Assembly: GCF_963921235.1 (NCBI RefSeq)
Contig: NC_086097.1
Span: 188,482,001 to 188,546,000, forward strand
DNA: 64,000 bases
DNA from: Mobula hypostoma
Lineage: Eukaryota
Direction: 5' to 3'
The notes under the pieces are model-generated. The model had not been told where the DNA came from, did no database searches, and saw only the letters and a list, made by a program, of their open reading frames with translations. Shown in pieces: positions 25,401 through 39,252 of this stretch (within the stretch, counting starts at the first letter, position 1; every line of letters starts with the position of its first letter). Both the position numbers and the translations under genes were made by a program.

Positions 25401-27100
25401 CTGGGATGTTACACAATACCCAATCTAAAATAGCCTTTCATTGAGAAGACTCAAGTACAAGCTGCTCTAAAAAGCCATCTCGTAGGCATGTAACAAATTC
25501 CCTCTCCTGCGATCCACCACCAACCTGATTTTCCAAACCCCTTGCATATTGAAGTCCCCAATTACAATTGTGTCATTACCCTTACTAAATGCCTTTTCCA
25601 GCTCCCTTTGCAATCCCTACCCAACATCTTGGCTACTATTTGGAGGCCTATGTGATTCCCACAATGTTATTTTTTAACCCCCACAATTTCTTAACTCCAC
25701 CCACAAAGATTCAACATTCTCTGACCCTATGTCACCCCTTTGTAAAGATATAATTCCATCTCTTACCAATAAAGTCACACCACCGCCCATGCCTTCCTGC
25801 GTGTCCTTTCGATACAAAGCATGTCTTTTGATGTTAAGCTCCCAACTATGGCCTTCTTTCTGCCACGACTCAGTGATGCCCACAATGTCATACTGACCAA
25901 TCTCTAAGTGCGCCACAAGTCAGTCCACCTTATTCAGAATGCTACACGCATTTAAATACAGCGCCTTCAGTCCTGCATTCTTCGCCCTTTTGAATTTTGC
26001 CTCTTTGGTACAATATAACTCTTTACTCTGTCTGCATTTGCACCCAGTCATTGGCTTGTCCTTCCTTACATTCATGTTACACCCATCATCTACTTGTAAA
26101 CCTGTTGGCTCATCCTCAGCTCTATCATACTGGTTCTCATCCCCCTGCTATATTAGTTTAAACCACTTCCAACAGCTCTAGTGGACCTGCCCACAACAAT
26201 ATCGGTCCCCCTTGGATTCAGGTGCAACCCGTCCCTTTTGTACAGTCCCAGCTGCCCCAGAAGAGGTCCCAATTATCAGAAAATGTGAATCCTTGCCCCC
26301 TACTCCAATTCTTTATCCACACATTTGTCTGCCACCTCATTTTATTCCTATCCTCACTGTCATGTGGCACAGGTAGTAATCCTGAGATTACTACCCTTGA
26401 GGTCCTGCTTCTCAGCTTTCTCAACTTCCTGTATTATTTTTTCAGGACCTCCTCCCTTTTTCTACCTACGTCGTTGGTACCAACTTGTACCATGACTTCT
26501 GGCTGTTCTCCCTCCCTTTCCAAGATATTGAGGACACGTCCAGAAAAATCCGGACCCTGGCACCTGGGAGGCAAACTACCATCTATATTTCCTTTTCACA
26601 TCCACAATCTCACCTATCTGTCCCCCTGACCATAGACTCACCTATTACTACTGCCATTCTCTTCAGTTCCCTACCCTTCTGAGCCACAGGGCCAGCCTCA
26701 GTTCTACAGGCATGGCTGCTGTTGCTTCCCCCAGGTAGATCGTCCCCCCAACAGTACTCAAAATGGAGTACTTATTGTTGAGGAGTCGGCCACAGGGGTC
26801 CTCTCCACTATCTGGCATCCTCCCTTCCCTCTCCTGACAGTCATCCATTTCTTGGACACCTGTAGCCTTGGGGTGACCAACTCCCTGTAGCTCCTGTCTA
26901 TCACTGCTTTACTTTCCTGAATGAGCCAAAGGTCACTGAGCTGCAGCTCCAGTTCCCTAACATAGCCGCTAAGAAGCTGCATCTCGATGCACCTGGTGCA
27001 GATGTGGCCATTGGGGAGGCTGGAAGTCTCCCGGAAATCCCACATCTGACACCCTGAGCAGAACACTGGCTCTGTGGATATACCCACTATTCTCTCAAGA
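22461..27100 (-). mobile_element. Near full-length degenerate CR1 LINE (ORF1 zinc-finger/esterase + ORF2), interrupted at ~22930-23669
   Basis: ORF1 remnants CSGCQMW...CTRC (26758..27129) and RVVISGLLPVP (26218..26424); ORF2 remnants YDIVGITESW, NYRPVSLTS, KFTDDTKIGG; 3' tail at ~22461. Confidence 0.88.
22930..23669 (+). mobile_element. Unclassified retroposon 3' fragment nested in CR1
   Basis: Interrupts the CR1 relative to the colinear copy at ~15230-15260; ends in tandem tail acctattga-acctattga; family not recognised. Confidence 0.55.
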
Positions 27101-27408
27101 GAGATTCCTTTGACAAAGTCCAAATACAAAGAAAACCCTTATATTAAAACACTGGTTAGTGACAGCATGGTAAAGTATCTGAAACCAGATAATTAACTGA
27201 TTATCTGAAATGCTTGAGTAGGACATCAGAAGACTTCAGAATAGGATCGCCTTCCTGCTGGGAAAGGAGAATTACACAGAGAACAAAAAAACATGCAGAT
27301 CAATATTTACATGATCTAATTAAACGCCTATCAAATTTCAACTGATCCAATTTTTTTTGTTGCTTTTACCAATGTACATATACTTCTAAAGATGAAACAA
27401 GACTATAC

Positions 27409-27483
27409 CGTGATTGTTCCTCTTCCTGCAGGGCATTTATTTTTCAGCAAGAGAGGTCTGGTCAGTTTTCTGCTGGAGACAAT
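27409..27483 (-). CDS. CPNE3: Copine-3-like copy A, coding exon 3
   Basis: IVSSRKLTRPLLLKNKCPAGRGTIT; ttttgacag acceptor, GTATAG donor; 75 nt. Confidence 0.92.
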
Positions 27484-27829
27484 CTGTCAAAAACAGATCA
27501 ATTGCATGTACTCAGTTTCCAAAGGAACAGGAAGCCTCAACAAAGATATACACTGAATTGTTGGAAGAGAATGAAAAATAAAAGCAAATAGCAGCAACAT
27601 GCAGCAAACAAAATTACATACAAGTGACAAGTTAACAAGTTTTTGATGAAAGTTAAAAAGTACAAGAACATTCGCCAAACAGTAAATTTTACTTCCAATT
27701 TAGAAATTGCAGTTGGCATTCAGTATTGATGCAGTCAAATTTTGCAAAATTCCATATTCAAATTTTGCAAACAAATAGGAAAGTGGCTTGCTTATCTGTA
27801 TTAAAAACTTTCACCCATATACAAATTCT

Positions 27830-29765
27830 GGATCCACAAAGCAAGGTCTCCTTGGATCCCATGCCTCATTACTTTCTGAATGAGCCTTCCATGGAGAACC
27901 TGATCAAATATCTTACTGAAATCTATTACACTACATCCACTGCTCTATCTTCAACGTGTTTTGTTACATCCTCAAAGAGCTCAATCAGGCTTGTAGGACA
28001 CAATCTGCCCTTGAGAAAGCCATGTTGACTATCCCTAATCAGATTATGTCTCCCCAAATGCACATAAATCCTGCCTCTCAGGATCTCCAACAACTTGCCC
28101 ACCACTGATGTCAGACTCACTGGTATACAATTTACTGGGTTATCCATACTCCCTTTCTTGAACAAAGGGACAGCATTTGCAACTATCCAATCCTCAAGCA
28201 CTTCTCCCATCCCTATTGATGATGCAAAGATCATTGGCAGACGCTCAACAATCTCCTCCCTCGCTTCCCACAGTAGCCTGGGTTACTTCTCGTCCAGTCC
28301 TGGCAACCTATCTAACAATGCTTTTCAAAAGCTCCAGTACATCCTCTTTCTTAATGTCTATATGCTCAAGTGTCAGTTCACTGTAAGTCATCCCCATAAT
28401 TGGCAAGGTCCTTTTTCCTGGTGAATACTGAAGCAAAGTATTTAAGTACCTCTGACTCCAAACATGCGTTTCCACTATTCCACATGGTTTGTCCTACTCT
28501 CACACTGCTCATCACTTGCTCTTCATAACCTTAGTGTTTTTCTTAATCCTGCTCTCCATGGCCTTCTCATGGCCCCTTTTAGCTCTCCTAATTTCGTTCT
28601 TAAGCTCCTTCCTGGCAACCTTGTAATTTTCTAGAACTCTATCAGTACCTAGTTTCTTGAACCCTTTGTAAGCTTTTCTTAACTAGATTTTCCACATCCT
28701 TTGTACACCATGGTTCTTTTACCCGACCATCCTTTCCTTGCCTCAATGGAACATACCTATGCAGAACTCCATGCAAATGTTCCCTGAATATTTGCAAGGC
28801 AGAAATTTAGTATTTCCCTGAGAACATTTGCTCCTAAGTTCCTGACTAATAGCGTCATATTTCCCCCTACCCCGATTAAATGTTTTCCCAAATTGTCTGC
28901 CACTACCCCTCTCCAGTGCTATGGTGAAGGAGACAGAGTTGTGGTCACTATCTCCAAAACGCTCTCCCACTAAGAGATCTGACACCTGACCAGGTTCATT
29001 TCCCAATACAGTACCAATATAATACAGCCTCTCTTCTAGTTAGTGTATCTACATATTGCATCAGGAAACCTTCTTGAATACATCTAACAAACTCCACCCC
29101 ATCTAAACCCCTTGCACTAAGGAGATGCCAGTCAACATTAGGAAAGTTAAACTCTCCCATCACAACAACCCTATTATTATTGCACCATTCCAGATTCTGC
29201 CTCCCTACCTGCTCTTCAATATCCTGTTCCTATTGGGGGGGGGGGTCTATAAAAAACACCCAGTAGAGTTATTGCCCCTTTCCTGTTTCTGACTTTTACA
29301 CAACTGACTCAGTAGACCATCCCTCCATGACTTCCCTCCTTTTCTACAGCCATGACACTATCCCTAATAGCAATGCCATGCCCCGACCTCTTACGTCTTC
29401 CTCTCTGTTCTTTTTGAAACATCTGAAGCCTGGCACACTCAGCAGCCATTCCTGCTCCTGAGACATCCAAGTCTCTGTAATGGCCACAATGTCATAGTTC
29501 CACGTACTGATCCACACTCTAAGCTCATCCGCCTTGTTTATGATACTCGTTGCATTAAAACAGACATATCTCAAACCATCAGGGTGAGTGCATCTTTGCT
29601 CTAACATCTGCCTATTCTTCCTCACAAACTCCCCCTACTTGTACTCTAACCTTCCCATCCTCTGCCTCTTCCCTTCCCACCCCCCCCCGGCAAATCTAGT
29701 TTAAACCCTCCCCAATTGCATTAGCAAGCCTCCTCGCCAGGATATTGGCCACCTCGGATTCAAGT
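27830..29765 (-). mobile_element. CR1 LINE fragment (EN and RT N-terminal part)
   Basis: ORFs 29344..29625 (WNYDIVAITETW), 28743..29006 (GDSDHNS), 27926..28234 (PVSLTSVVGK, QHGF). Confidence 0.88.
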
Positions 29766-30410
29766 TTTCATTGCAATCTTTACTTTAATAACAAGTTGCC
29801 TTTTTAATTTGTTAATAAATTTGTTAATTTAATTTTTGTTGTAATTATATGGTTTCCCCCATATCTCCTCCTCACTGATTACCAACAAAAGGTGCATCTC
29901 AAGGCCACGTACTTAGTGCCCCACTCAATTTTCTTTACACCCACAATTGTGCGGATAAGGCCAGCTCCAATACCATCCGTAGATTTACCAACGACACCAC
30001 TGTTGGCTGAATCATGGATGATGGAGAATCAGCATGCAGGAATGAGTTAGAGCATTTGATTCAGAGGTGCTGCAATAAGAGGACAGTGGTCACAGCCCAC
30101 GCCACCACTGACGGGAAGGCTGCCTCAAGGCAGCAGCATCTAACAGCAAGGATCCCCACAATCTAGGTCATGTCCGCATCTCACTGCTACAGTCAGGCAA
30201 GAGGTGTATATACCTCAAGTCCCACTGCACCAGGTTCAGTAACAGCTGAACCATCAGAATCTTGAAACAACCTGCAGCACCATAATCCTAACCTTACTTC
30301 AGGAAAGTAAACTGAGGGACCACCATCTGCATCACCATGGACAACTCAGATTTGCACAGCCTCCTTCACTGTCCTGTATGACTTATATTGTGTTGTCTCA
30401 ACCCAAGAGC

Positions 30411-30815
30411 TTGTGACGCTGCTGCAGGAAAATGTTCGTTGTACCTATACCTCACTCTACTTGCGATGCTGCTGCAGGAAAATGTTCGTTGTACCTATAC
30501 CTCACTCTACTTGTGATGCTGCTGCAGGAAAATGTTCGTTGTACCTATACCTCACTCTACTTGTGATGCTGCTGCAGGAAAATGTTCGTTGTACCTATAC
30601 CTCACTCTACTTGTGATGCTGCTGCAGGAAAATGTTCGTTGTACCTATACCTCACTCTACTTGTGATGCTGCTGCAGGAAAATGTTTGTTGTACCTATAC
30701 CTCACTCTACTTGTGATGCTGCTGCAGGAAAATGTTCGTTGTACCTATACCTCACTCTACTTGTGATGCTGCTGCAGGAAAATGTTCGTTGTACCTATAC
30801 CTCACTCTACTTGTG
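30411..30815. repeat. 50-bp minisatellite, 8 near-identical copies
   Basis: Unit TTGTGATGCTGCTGCAGGAAAATGTTCGTTGTACCTATACCTCACTCTAC tiled 30411-30810 with about 3 substitutions in total, plus a terminal TTGTG. Confidence 0.97.
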
Positions 30816-31362
30816 CACTTGACAATAAACTCGCATTGTCATAGAGGCACTTCTGGGTCACAAGTGGAAAACTAATTCCAGTATGAAAAACTTAAAACAG
30901 CAATATCCTTTACAAGTCTGGACATCAGAATTTTAAGTTATGAACCCCACAAAGCTGGAACTGAAGTAGCTCTATGTCAATGTGAGTTTATTGTCAACTG
31001 CCTGACAATTGATCCAACAGTCCAATTGCAGTACTTAGCCCAACTATTCAAAAATTTCACTTGATTTAATTTCAGTGTGTGATGCATCAGCATCTCGACT
31101 GGTCAAAATTCAATAGATTGCATTTCGATAGATATAAAAGAGTAACTTTTGCAATACACGTAATACAAAAAGCTTTCATAGTTGGAACTGTAATAATATG
31201 CATACTGCTAAAACAAACATAATTCTCTTCATGTGACTAGATCTGGTTAAAAGGAGCAAGATAATGTTGCTTTCAAATGGTTTTCTTAATGCAGCATTCC
31301 ATAATACCACAGGGATATTTCTAGTGATCAAGATAAATAATGAAAGCATTATTGATATTTAC

Positions 31363-31542
31363 CTGTCCTAGAGTGCATTCCAGTTCCCCCAAGAAATCAT
31401 CATCACTCAAATCTATGGTTTTGTTGTCAATATCATAAATTCCAAATTTCAGTTTCTGAACTTGCTCGAAGTAGTAATCAATCAGGAACTTCTTAGCAAA
31501 CTTGGGAGTGAGACAGTTTTTAACTCTTTCCGTGCGATCAAT
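31363..31542 (-). CDS. CPNE3: Copine-3-like copy A, coding exon 2 (C2A)
   Basis: Manual translation [60 protein letters not shown]; ttctctag acceptor, GTAAAT donor; 180 nt. Confidence 0.95.
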
Positions 31543-32099
31543 CTAGAGAAAAACAAAATGTTATTATTAAAACCATTAGAGAACAAATACAAGGCATGCT
31601 AACCGCATATTCCAGAGTAAATGTGCACTGCCCAGTAGCAGCTGGACGTACAATACAAAGCACCTCATGCTTTCACTCAAGTACTATTACAGATGTGACT
31701 GTATATAAAAAGTATCTATCTTCTCCAAAAGCTGAACAGCAATAGTAATACTGACTCCAATTTCAAGCCAAAAAAATACAGAGGACCACATTTTGTGAGT
31801 TCAAACCATTAAGAAAATAACTTATGCATTAAACAATATAGTAACACATAGTATGCAGACCGTCAGGACCACAGACATATCATTAATTTCTAGTAGAGTT
31901 CCATGTTATATTCAAACTCAGTTGAAAGACACATGATCAAAAGAGAACTAAAGAGTATTGTTGATGTTAATTATGTAAACAGTGTTAATGGAAAGTAATT
32001 GCCTGATATACAATGTTTAAAAATAAATTATATTCCACCAGGATGAGGACATAAAGATAGAAAAGGTAAATCAATGAGCAAGTTAGCAAAGGTTCTTCA

Positions 32100-32324
<225 letters not shown>

Positions 32325-33299
32325 CTAAACAGCACAGATTGCATTGAGTGAGGACTGAAAATGTACAAATAGGTACAACTGGAAGTCATAACACGAAGAA
32401 AATTCGTTTAAAAAAATCCAGACCATATTTTGGGTAAAAAAAAAGCATTTTATCTTATTGTATTTAGGTTTAGTCAAAAGAAAATTAAAGCTGTGCTACC
32501 GGCAATTAAATAATCACATAACAATTTTGTGTTTTGTTGATCTCAAAATTCAGTTGCTGGATTTTAGAAGTGTTGAAAGTAATTATGTGTATATAAGCAA
32601 CTGTCAATAACTTGGCCAGACCACTGTGCTTAATCAGACCTTGTGACAAACAAAGTGCACCTTGTCCAGTTTGGCTATCAACTTACTCAGACTCTCAATG
32701 TGAGGAAACAAATGTCCCCTGATCATTAATTTCATGCAATTGTTAAAGTAGATCAGAAAGAGCAAGTATATTCACTAACCACTAATTTACTGTGCTCAAA
32801 TTCCTATAATCCTCTGTAATCAATCAACTTCTCTTGTCCGCATTAATAGCTAACCCCCTTCACGCCTGGCCCAGTATTTCCATGGAAACAGAAGCAACAA
32901 TGGAACATAGTGTGCTGAACAGCTTTCTTCACAGCATGATCTAGCATGCCAGCCGGTCATTTGCCATTGCTAATCAGCAAAATAATTAAGGAATCTTATG
33001 GTGGAAGGAGATATATTCTCCATCATATTAACAGTTATGTCCCAGAATCAATTGGCTGCATTACAGACAAGTGTTAAAACATCTTAAAATATTGTTAGCT
33101 TATAGCACAGTATGCATTTTAAACTTTTGTTCAACCTCTGATAAAAATTACCATACTACTAATAAAAACATGTCTAGCTTAGTAACCTACCTTGTTATGC
33201 ACGAACATGCATGTGTCATCAGACTTCACACAGTGGTAAATGTATCTGAAATTAGCCTAACAGTGGCACCAGATTGTGCAATATAATAAACCAGAAAGT

Positions 33300-34830
33300 A
33301 AAGCAAGACACCAGAATACCCTTCAAGAGGGTGAACCCTCGCAAGGAGTCATGCTCCAATGGCATAGCTGGCAAGGTACTGAAAACCCATGCCAACCAAC
33401 TGGCTGGAGCTTTCCAGGATATCAATCTGTCACTGCTGCAGTCAGAGGTTCTCACCTACTTCAGTTATATCACAGTACTCAGGAAAAGCAGGGTGAGCTG
33501 CCTCTATGAATATTGCCCGATGGTATTCACATCTATTGTAATGAAGTTCTTTGAGAGGTTGGTCATAGCTAAAATTAACTCCTGCTTGGGCAAGGACCAG
33601 GACACTGCAATTTGCCTACCGCCACAACAGGTCTGGAGCAGACACAATCTCACAGGTTTTGGAAGCAGCTAAGCAATGGCAAAACAGATGTCAGGCTTCT
33701 GTTTATCAATTACACCATCATCACCTCATTGCTAATTAATAAGCTTCAAAACCTGGGCCTCTGTCTACTGGGCCTACTGGATCCCTGACCTCCTCATTGG
33801 GGGATGACAGTTAGCGTGGATCCATCTCAAAACTGCATACATAGTCCACTGTTCCACTCTCTCTATGTCCATGGCTAGACATGGTGCAAACACCATCATC
33901 TATAAGTTGCCAATAACTCCACTATTGCTGGCAACAAGAAGCCTTATATGAGTGAGATTGATCAGGTGGTTGAGTGATGTCACAGGAACCTCACAGCAAG
34001 ACCAACAAATTTATTGCGGACTTTAGGGAAGTAAAGTCTGGAAAGCATAAATCAGTCCTCACGGAGGGGTCAACAGTTGAAAGGATGATCAGCTTTAAGA
34101 TCTGAGACATCAGCATCTCAGGATCTATCCTGGGCCTTACTCATTGATGCAATCACACAGGAGGCACACCAGTGACTCTACTTCATTAGGAGTTTGCTGA
34201 GATTTGGTGCGTCACCAAAGTCTGTTGCAAATTTCTACACATGTATGCTGGAGAGTTTCTTGACTGGTTACATCACATCATGACATGGAGGCTTCAATAC
34301 ACAGGATCAAAAGAGGCTGCTTTGAGTTGGAGACTCTGCTAGCTCATAACTGCAACAGACTGAAACCTTTGATCTCGACTCAAGGAAGCATCAAGTCAAT
34401 TAGCAAAGGGGGGAGCCCAGGAACAGCTCCTTAGGGGACAAGTGTAAAAGTAAACTTCAAAAGCATTGGTGTGCAGGCAAGAGTATATATATTGTTGCTG
34501 ATGTTAGTGTTTTTTCCATGGAACCAATGAGATCCGGCTCCACCACTGAGGACAGCTTCAGGAGGCAGTGCTCCATGAAGACAGCATCCGTCATTCCCTA
34601 TCAGGGACATACCTTCTTTGTGTTAGTGCCATAGTGGAAGAGGTAGACCCACACGAGAAAAGTTTTAAGAACAATTTCTTCCCATCAGATTTCTGAACAG
34701 TCCATGAACATGATTCGTCTTTTACACTGTTTATTTCTACAATAGTAATTTTTTATGACTTGTTTGCTCTGTATTGCTGCTGCAAAACAACAAGTTTCAG
34801 AACATAGGTCAGTGATAATAAAGCTGGTTC
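33300..34830 (+). mobile_element. Degenerate Rex/Babar-type non-LTR element
   Basis: ORF 33274..33672 (ANQLAGAFQDINLSLLQSEV...YCPMVFTSIVMKFFERLV); 3' tail ...gtgataataaagctggttct. Confidence 0.7.
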
Positions 34831-35639
34831 TCAATCTGTGCTGGTGCTAGAAATTAGAAAATATCAAAGGTGTTACATTAGTGTCACATGTGACATAGGA
34901 GGCAATAATTTGTAACATCAAACTTTTAGGATGAGCTTGAAAGGCGAGTTTAACAAAGTATTGCAATAGTTCAGATAACTTAAATGTAATTTTAAATGCA
35001 CTATAAAACTGCACAAAATGATAGAATTTCAAAATCATCATTAAAATCAATGCCACAAATCTCATACTAACATCACTTCCCTTCTGAGCCACCTCTACCA
35101 AATGCAAGCATTTCATGGCTTATTCTAGTATCACTGTGGGATCACTGAAATAAAACCATTCAGCTGCCTTCTCTCACCAGGCTAAAACTTCCCAAATCTT
35201 ACATCCACCAAATACTAGCCTTGCAGTGTAATGCCCACTTCCTGTAAATCATCTTAGCTACGCTCAACTCCTCAACATGACCTGTCTAAATTTTAGTACA
35301 AATCAATATCAGATTCCTTTTTTGATCCATACGTTATTGGGCAATGATGAAGATGTCAATATTCCCTCAATTTCAAATTAATCTATGTTTAAGTAAATTG
35401 CTTCCTCCTTTCCAATGTAGTCCCAAAATTAGATGTTGTTTCACGTATATATTCTCATCCTCACTCCATTATCGTGGATGAGTTCAGGAATCTAGTTTCT
35501 ACCATTCCCCATACTACCAAATTAGCACTAATCTAAATTAGGATCATCTGTTTTTTCGATTGTGACCATGGTATAAAATTCATTCTCAATTTCTGTGGCC
35601 AATCACATTTTTCTTCATCACCTAATGGGGCTTGATCTT

Positions 35640-36625
35640 ACTGGCTTCCTGTCAGACCGCTGACAGGTGGCAAGAGTGGGCTCCCTCTCCTCCACCCATC
35701 TGACCCTCAACATAGGAGCCCCTCAGGGCTGTGTACCAAATCCCCTCCTTTACTCCTTGTATACTTATGACAATGTCACCACCCACAACTCTAATCTGCA
35801 AACTAAATTTGCCGACGACACTACACGGATTGACCTAATCTCAAACAATAACAAGGTGGCCTACAGGGAAGAAGTCATCTCTCTGACACAGTGGTGTCAA
35901 GAAAACAACCTCTCCCTCAATGTCTCAAAAACAAACTTGCTGGTTGTGAACTACAGGAGGAATGGTAATGGGCTAACCCCTATTGACATCAATGGATCTG
36001 GGGTCAAGAGGGTAAACAGCTTTAAGTTCCTTGGCATCCACATCACTGAGGTCCTCACATGGTCTGTACACACCAGCTGTGGGGTGAAAAAGTCACAACA
36101 GCACCTCTTTCACCACAGACGGTTGAGGGAGTTTGGTATGGGCCCCTAAATCCTAAGAACTTTCTACAGGGGCACAATTGAGAGCATCCTGACTGGCTGC
36201 ATCACTACCTGGTATGGGAACTGTACCTCCCTTAATCACAGGATTCTACAGAGAGTGGTGAAGACAGCCCAGCGCATCTGTAGTTGTGAACTTCCCATGA
36301 TTCAGGACATTTACAAGGACAGGTGTGAAAAAGGGTGCGAAGGATCATTGGGAACCTGAGTCATCCCAACCACAATCTATTCCAGTTGCTAGCATCTGGG
36401 AAACAGTACCGCAGCATAAAACCCAGGACCAAAGGCTCTGGGACAGCTTCTTCCACCAGGCCGTCAGGCTGACTAACTCATGCTGATTTGAGTGTATCTC
36501 TATGTTACATTGGCTGTTTATTATAAATTATTATGATTGCACATTGCATATTTAGATGGAGACATAACATAAAGATATTTACTCCTCATGTATGTGAAGG
36601 ATGAAATAACGTCAATTCAATTCAC
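35640..36625 (+). mobile_element. Rex/Babar-type non-LTR element, 3' part of RT
   Basis: ORF 35667..36149: GAPQGCV, LYSLYTYD, KFADDTT, WCQENNLSLNVSKT, FKFLGIHI; tail caattcaattca. Confidence 0.85.
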
Positions 36626-37069
36626 TGAACAAAACTAAAAATCAGGAATAATATCTGCTCCTGCCTACACACCAATACTTTTGAGTCTGCTCTCCCACCA
36701 GACAGCCTCCGAAGAATCTGTTTTCTGTCCTTTTGCTCATTAACTTGATACCTCCTTGTGTCAGAGCTAAGGCTTCAGTTTCCAACCTCACTATAATTTA
36801 TTTTCTTTACAACCCACCACATTTCCTCAGCTATTTCAAACCATGCCTCCTGCAAATGGAAAAGGTAACTTCCTTTGGCTTTTCAAAGTTTAAACTAAAA
36901 CTCTTGTCGTCACCCTTCTTTGGAAAATGCTTCAAGCTGTTTACAACCACAGCATTTCATTGCCCATTGGAATACCACTTCCCTTCCAATACAAAAACTG
37001 CAAATTTTCCAACCACTGATCAGACCTCCATCCTCTATAACATTTAGCTCTTCTATTATTATTTCATTA

Positions 37070-39252
37070 TGAGCTTGAGGAGATGTGGTTTGTCACCTAA
37101 AACCACTTGAAAACTTCTACAGATGCACCATGGAGAGCATTCTGACAGGCTGCATCACTCTCTAGCACTGTGGGGGGGGGGGGGGTGCTACTACACAGGA
37201 CCGGAAGAAGCTACAGAAAGTTGTAAAATTAGTCAGCTCCATCATGGGTACTAGCCTCCATAAAATTCCAAGACATCTTCAAGGAGAAGGAGCGGTGCCT
37301 CAGAAAGGCACTGTCCATTATTATGGAACCCCATCACTCAGGACCTGTTCTTTTCTCACTGTTACCATCAGGTAGGAGGTACAGAAGCCTGAAGGTACAC
37401 ACTCAGTACTTCAGGAACAGCTTCTTCCCCTCTGCCATCCAATTTCTAAACGGACACTGAATCCATGAACACCCTACCTCACTTAATTTTAAAATCATTT
37501 CTGTTTTTGCACTATTTTAATTTAACTATTTAATATACATTTTTACGGTACAGGTATCCCCCGCTTTTCGAACGTTCGCTTTACGAAACCTCACTGTTAC
37601 GAAAGACCTACATTAATAACCAGTTTTCACTTTCGGAAGGTGTTTTCACTGTTACGAAGAAAGGCAGCGTGCATCCCGAGCAGCCGCTCTGCCCCGGATT
37701 CAGAACGGCATTGCTTAAACACGTTGCATTGAGCAGCCGTTAGCAAGATGAATTCTAAGGTGTCGGAAAAGCCTGAAAGAGTTCGTAAGGGTGTTACACT
37801 CAGCGTAAAACTAGACATAATTAAGCGTTTCGATCGTGGTGAACGAAGCAAGGACAAAGTGAGTTTGGCTTGTGTAAGCTGACGAAGATGATGTTGAAGA
37901 GGTTTTGGCGTCCCATGACCAAGAACTGATAGATAAAGAGCTGATACAATTGGAAGAGGAAAGGATAACAATCGAAACCGAATGCAGTAGGGAAAGTGAA
38001 GTCGTCCAGTAACTGAACGTAAAGCAACTGCGTGAGATTTTCGCTGCAATGATAAAGTATGACTTTAATTTTGAAAGGGTACGTAGGTTTAGGGAATATT
38101 TGCAAGATAATTTGAGTCCTTACAAAGAACTGTCTGATAGAAAAATGCTCGAGGCTCAGCAGTCAAGCATACTGTAGTTTTTCAAGCCTTCCACATCAGC
38201 CACAGCAGACGACGAACCTCGACCTTCGACATTGAGGCAGGCAGTCATAGCAGAAGATGAGCTGCCTGCCCTGATCGACGATGAGATGACACCCCCGTGT
38301 TCCACCACCCCAACACCCGGGCCCCGGACAGATACTGTACCGAATCGCGCAGAATGCAACGGTAGCCGGGAGGCACAAACCACATCTTTAAGAAAAAAGC
38401 CGAAATAAACATGCTAATTAATTAGGTGCCGCCTAGCATGTAATTGTCAGCCCAGATCAGTGCCGATGCAATCGGCAATCGCCTCTGATCTGCGCCGACA
38501 TTTACGTGCCAGGCAGCACCTAATTAATTAGCATAATTATTTCAGCTTTTTTCTTAAAGATGTGCTGTGTGCTTCCCGGCTACCCCTGCGTGCTTCGCGG
38601 CAATGTATCAGTCGGCGGCCTGGAGGGTGGGGGCCACTGCACCACCCAGCCTGTGACGACTCAGTCTAACACACCACCATCAGTGTGCTCATTGTCTTCC
38701 CAATTCCCGTAAGTGATACTACACTGTACATACATTATTTCTACTTTATATAGGCTGTGTATTTTTACATGTTATTTGGTAGATTTGGCAGCTTCATAGT
38801 TTAAAGGTTACTGGAGAGCGTGTTTATGCCAACAGCGCTTGGGTGAGATTTTCTGCCAAGAGCGCTTGAGTGAGGTTTTTGCTACGGAGATCTGTGCAGG
38901 CAATCGTTGTAGAGAAGTACTTCTACTCTATATAGGCTGTGTATTTATCATATCATTCCTGCTTTTACTATATGTTACTGTTAGTTTAGGTTTTATGTGT
39001 TATTTGGCATGATTTTGTAGGTTATTTTTGAGTCGGCGAACACTCACAAAATTTTCCCATATAAATAAATGGTAATTGCCTCTTCGCTTTACGACATTTC
39101 GGCTTACGAACCGTTTCATAGGAACGCTCTACCTTCAGATGGCGGGGGAAACCTGTAATTCATTTTCTCTATATTTATCATGTATTAAATTGTACTGCAG
39201 CTAAGTTAACAAATATCACGACATATGCAGGTGATATAAAACCCAATTCTGA
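37070..39252 (+). mobile_element. Rex/Babar-type 3' fragment split by a Tigger-like transposon
   Basis: 37070-37548 resembles 36120-36480; tail resumes after 39157 and ends ...gtgatataaaacccaattctgatt. Confidence 0.65.
37551..39155 (+). mobile_element. Tigger/pogo-family non-autonomous DNA transposon (DDE core deleted)
   Basis: TA TSD (37549-50, 39156-57); TIRs CAGGTATCCCCCGC / GCGGGGGAAACCTG; ATG 37748 MNSKVSEKPERVRKGVTLSVKLDIIKRFDRGERSKD (CENP-B/psq HTH start) joined to a C-terminal remnant EDDVEEVLASHDQEL...QQSSIL*FFKP. Confidence 0.88.

Noticed and set aside
30411..30815. CRISPR-like array
   Set aside because: Units are contiguous with no unique spacers, there are no cas genes, and the context is a vertebrate intron; it is a minisatellite. 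ORF 30413..30616 is only its translation.
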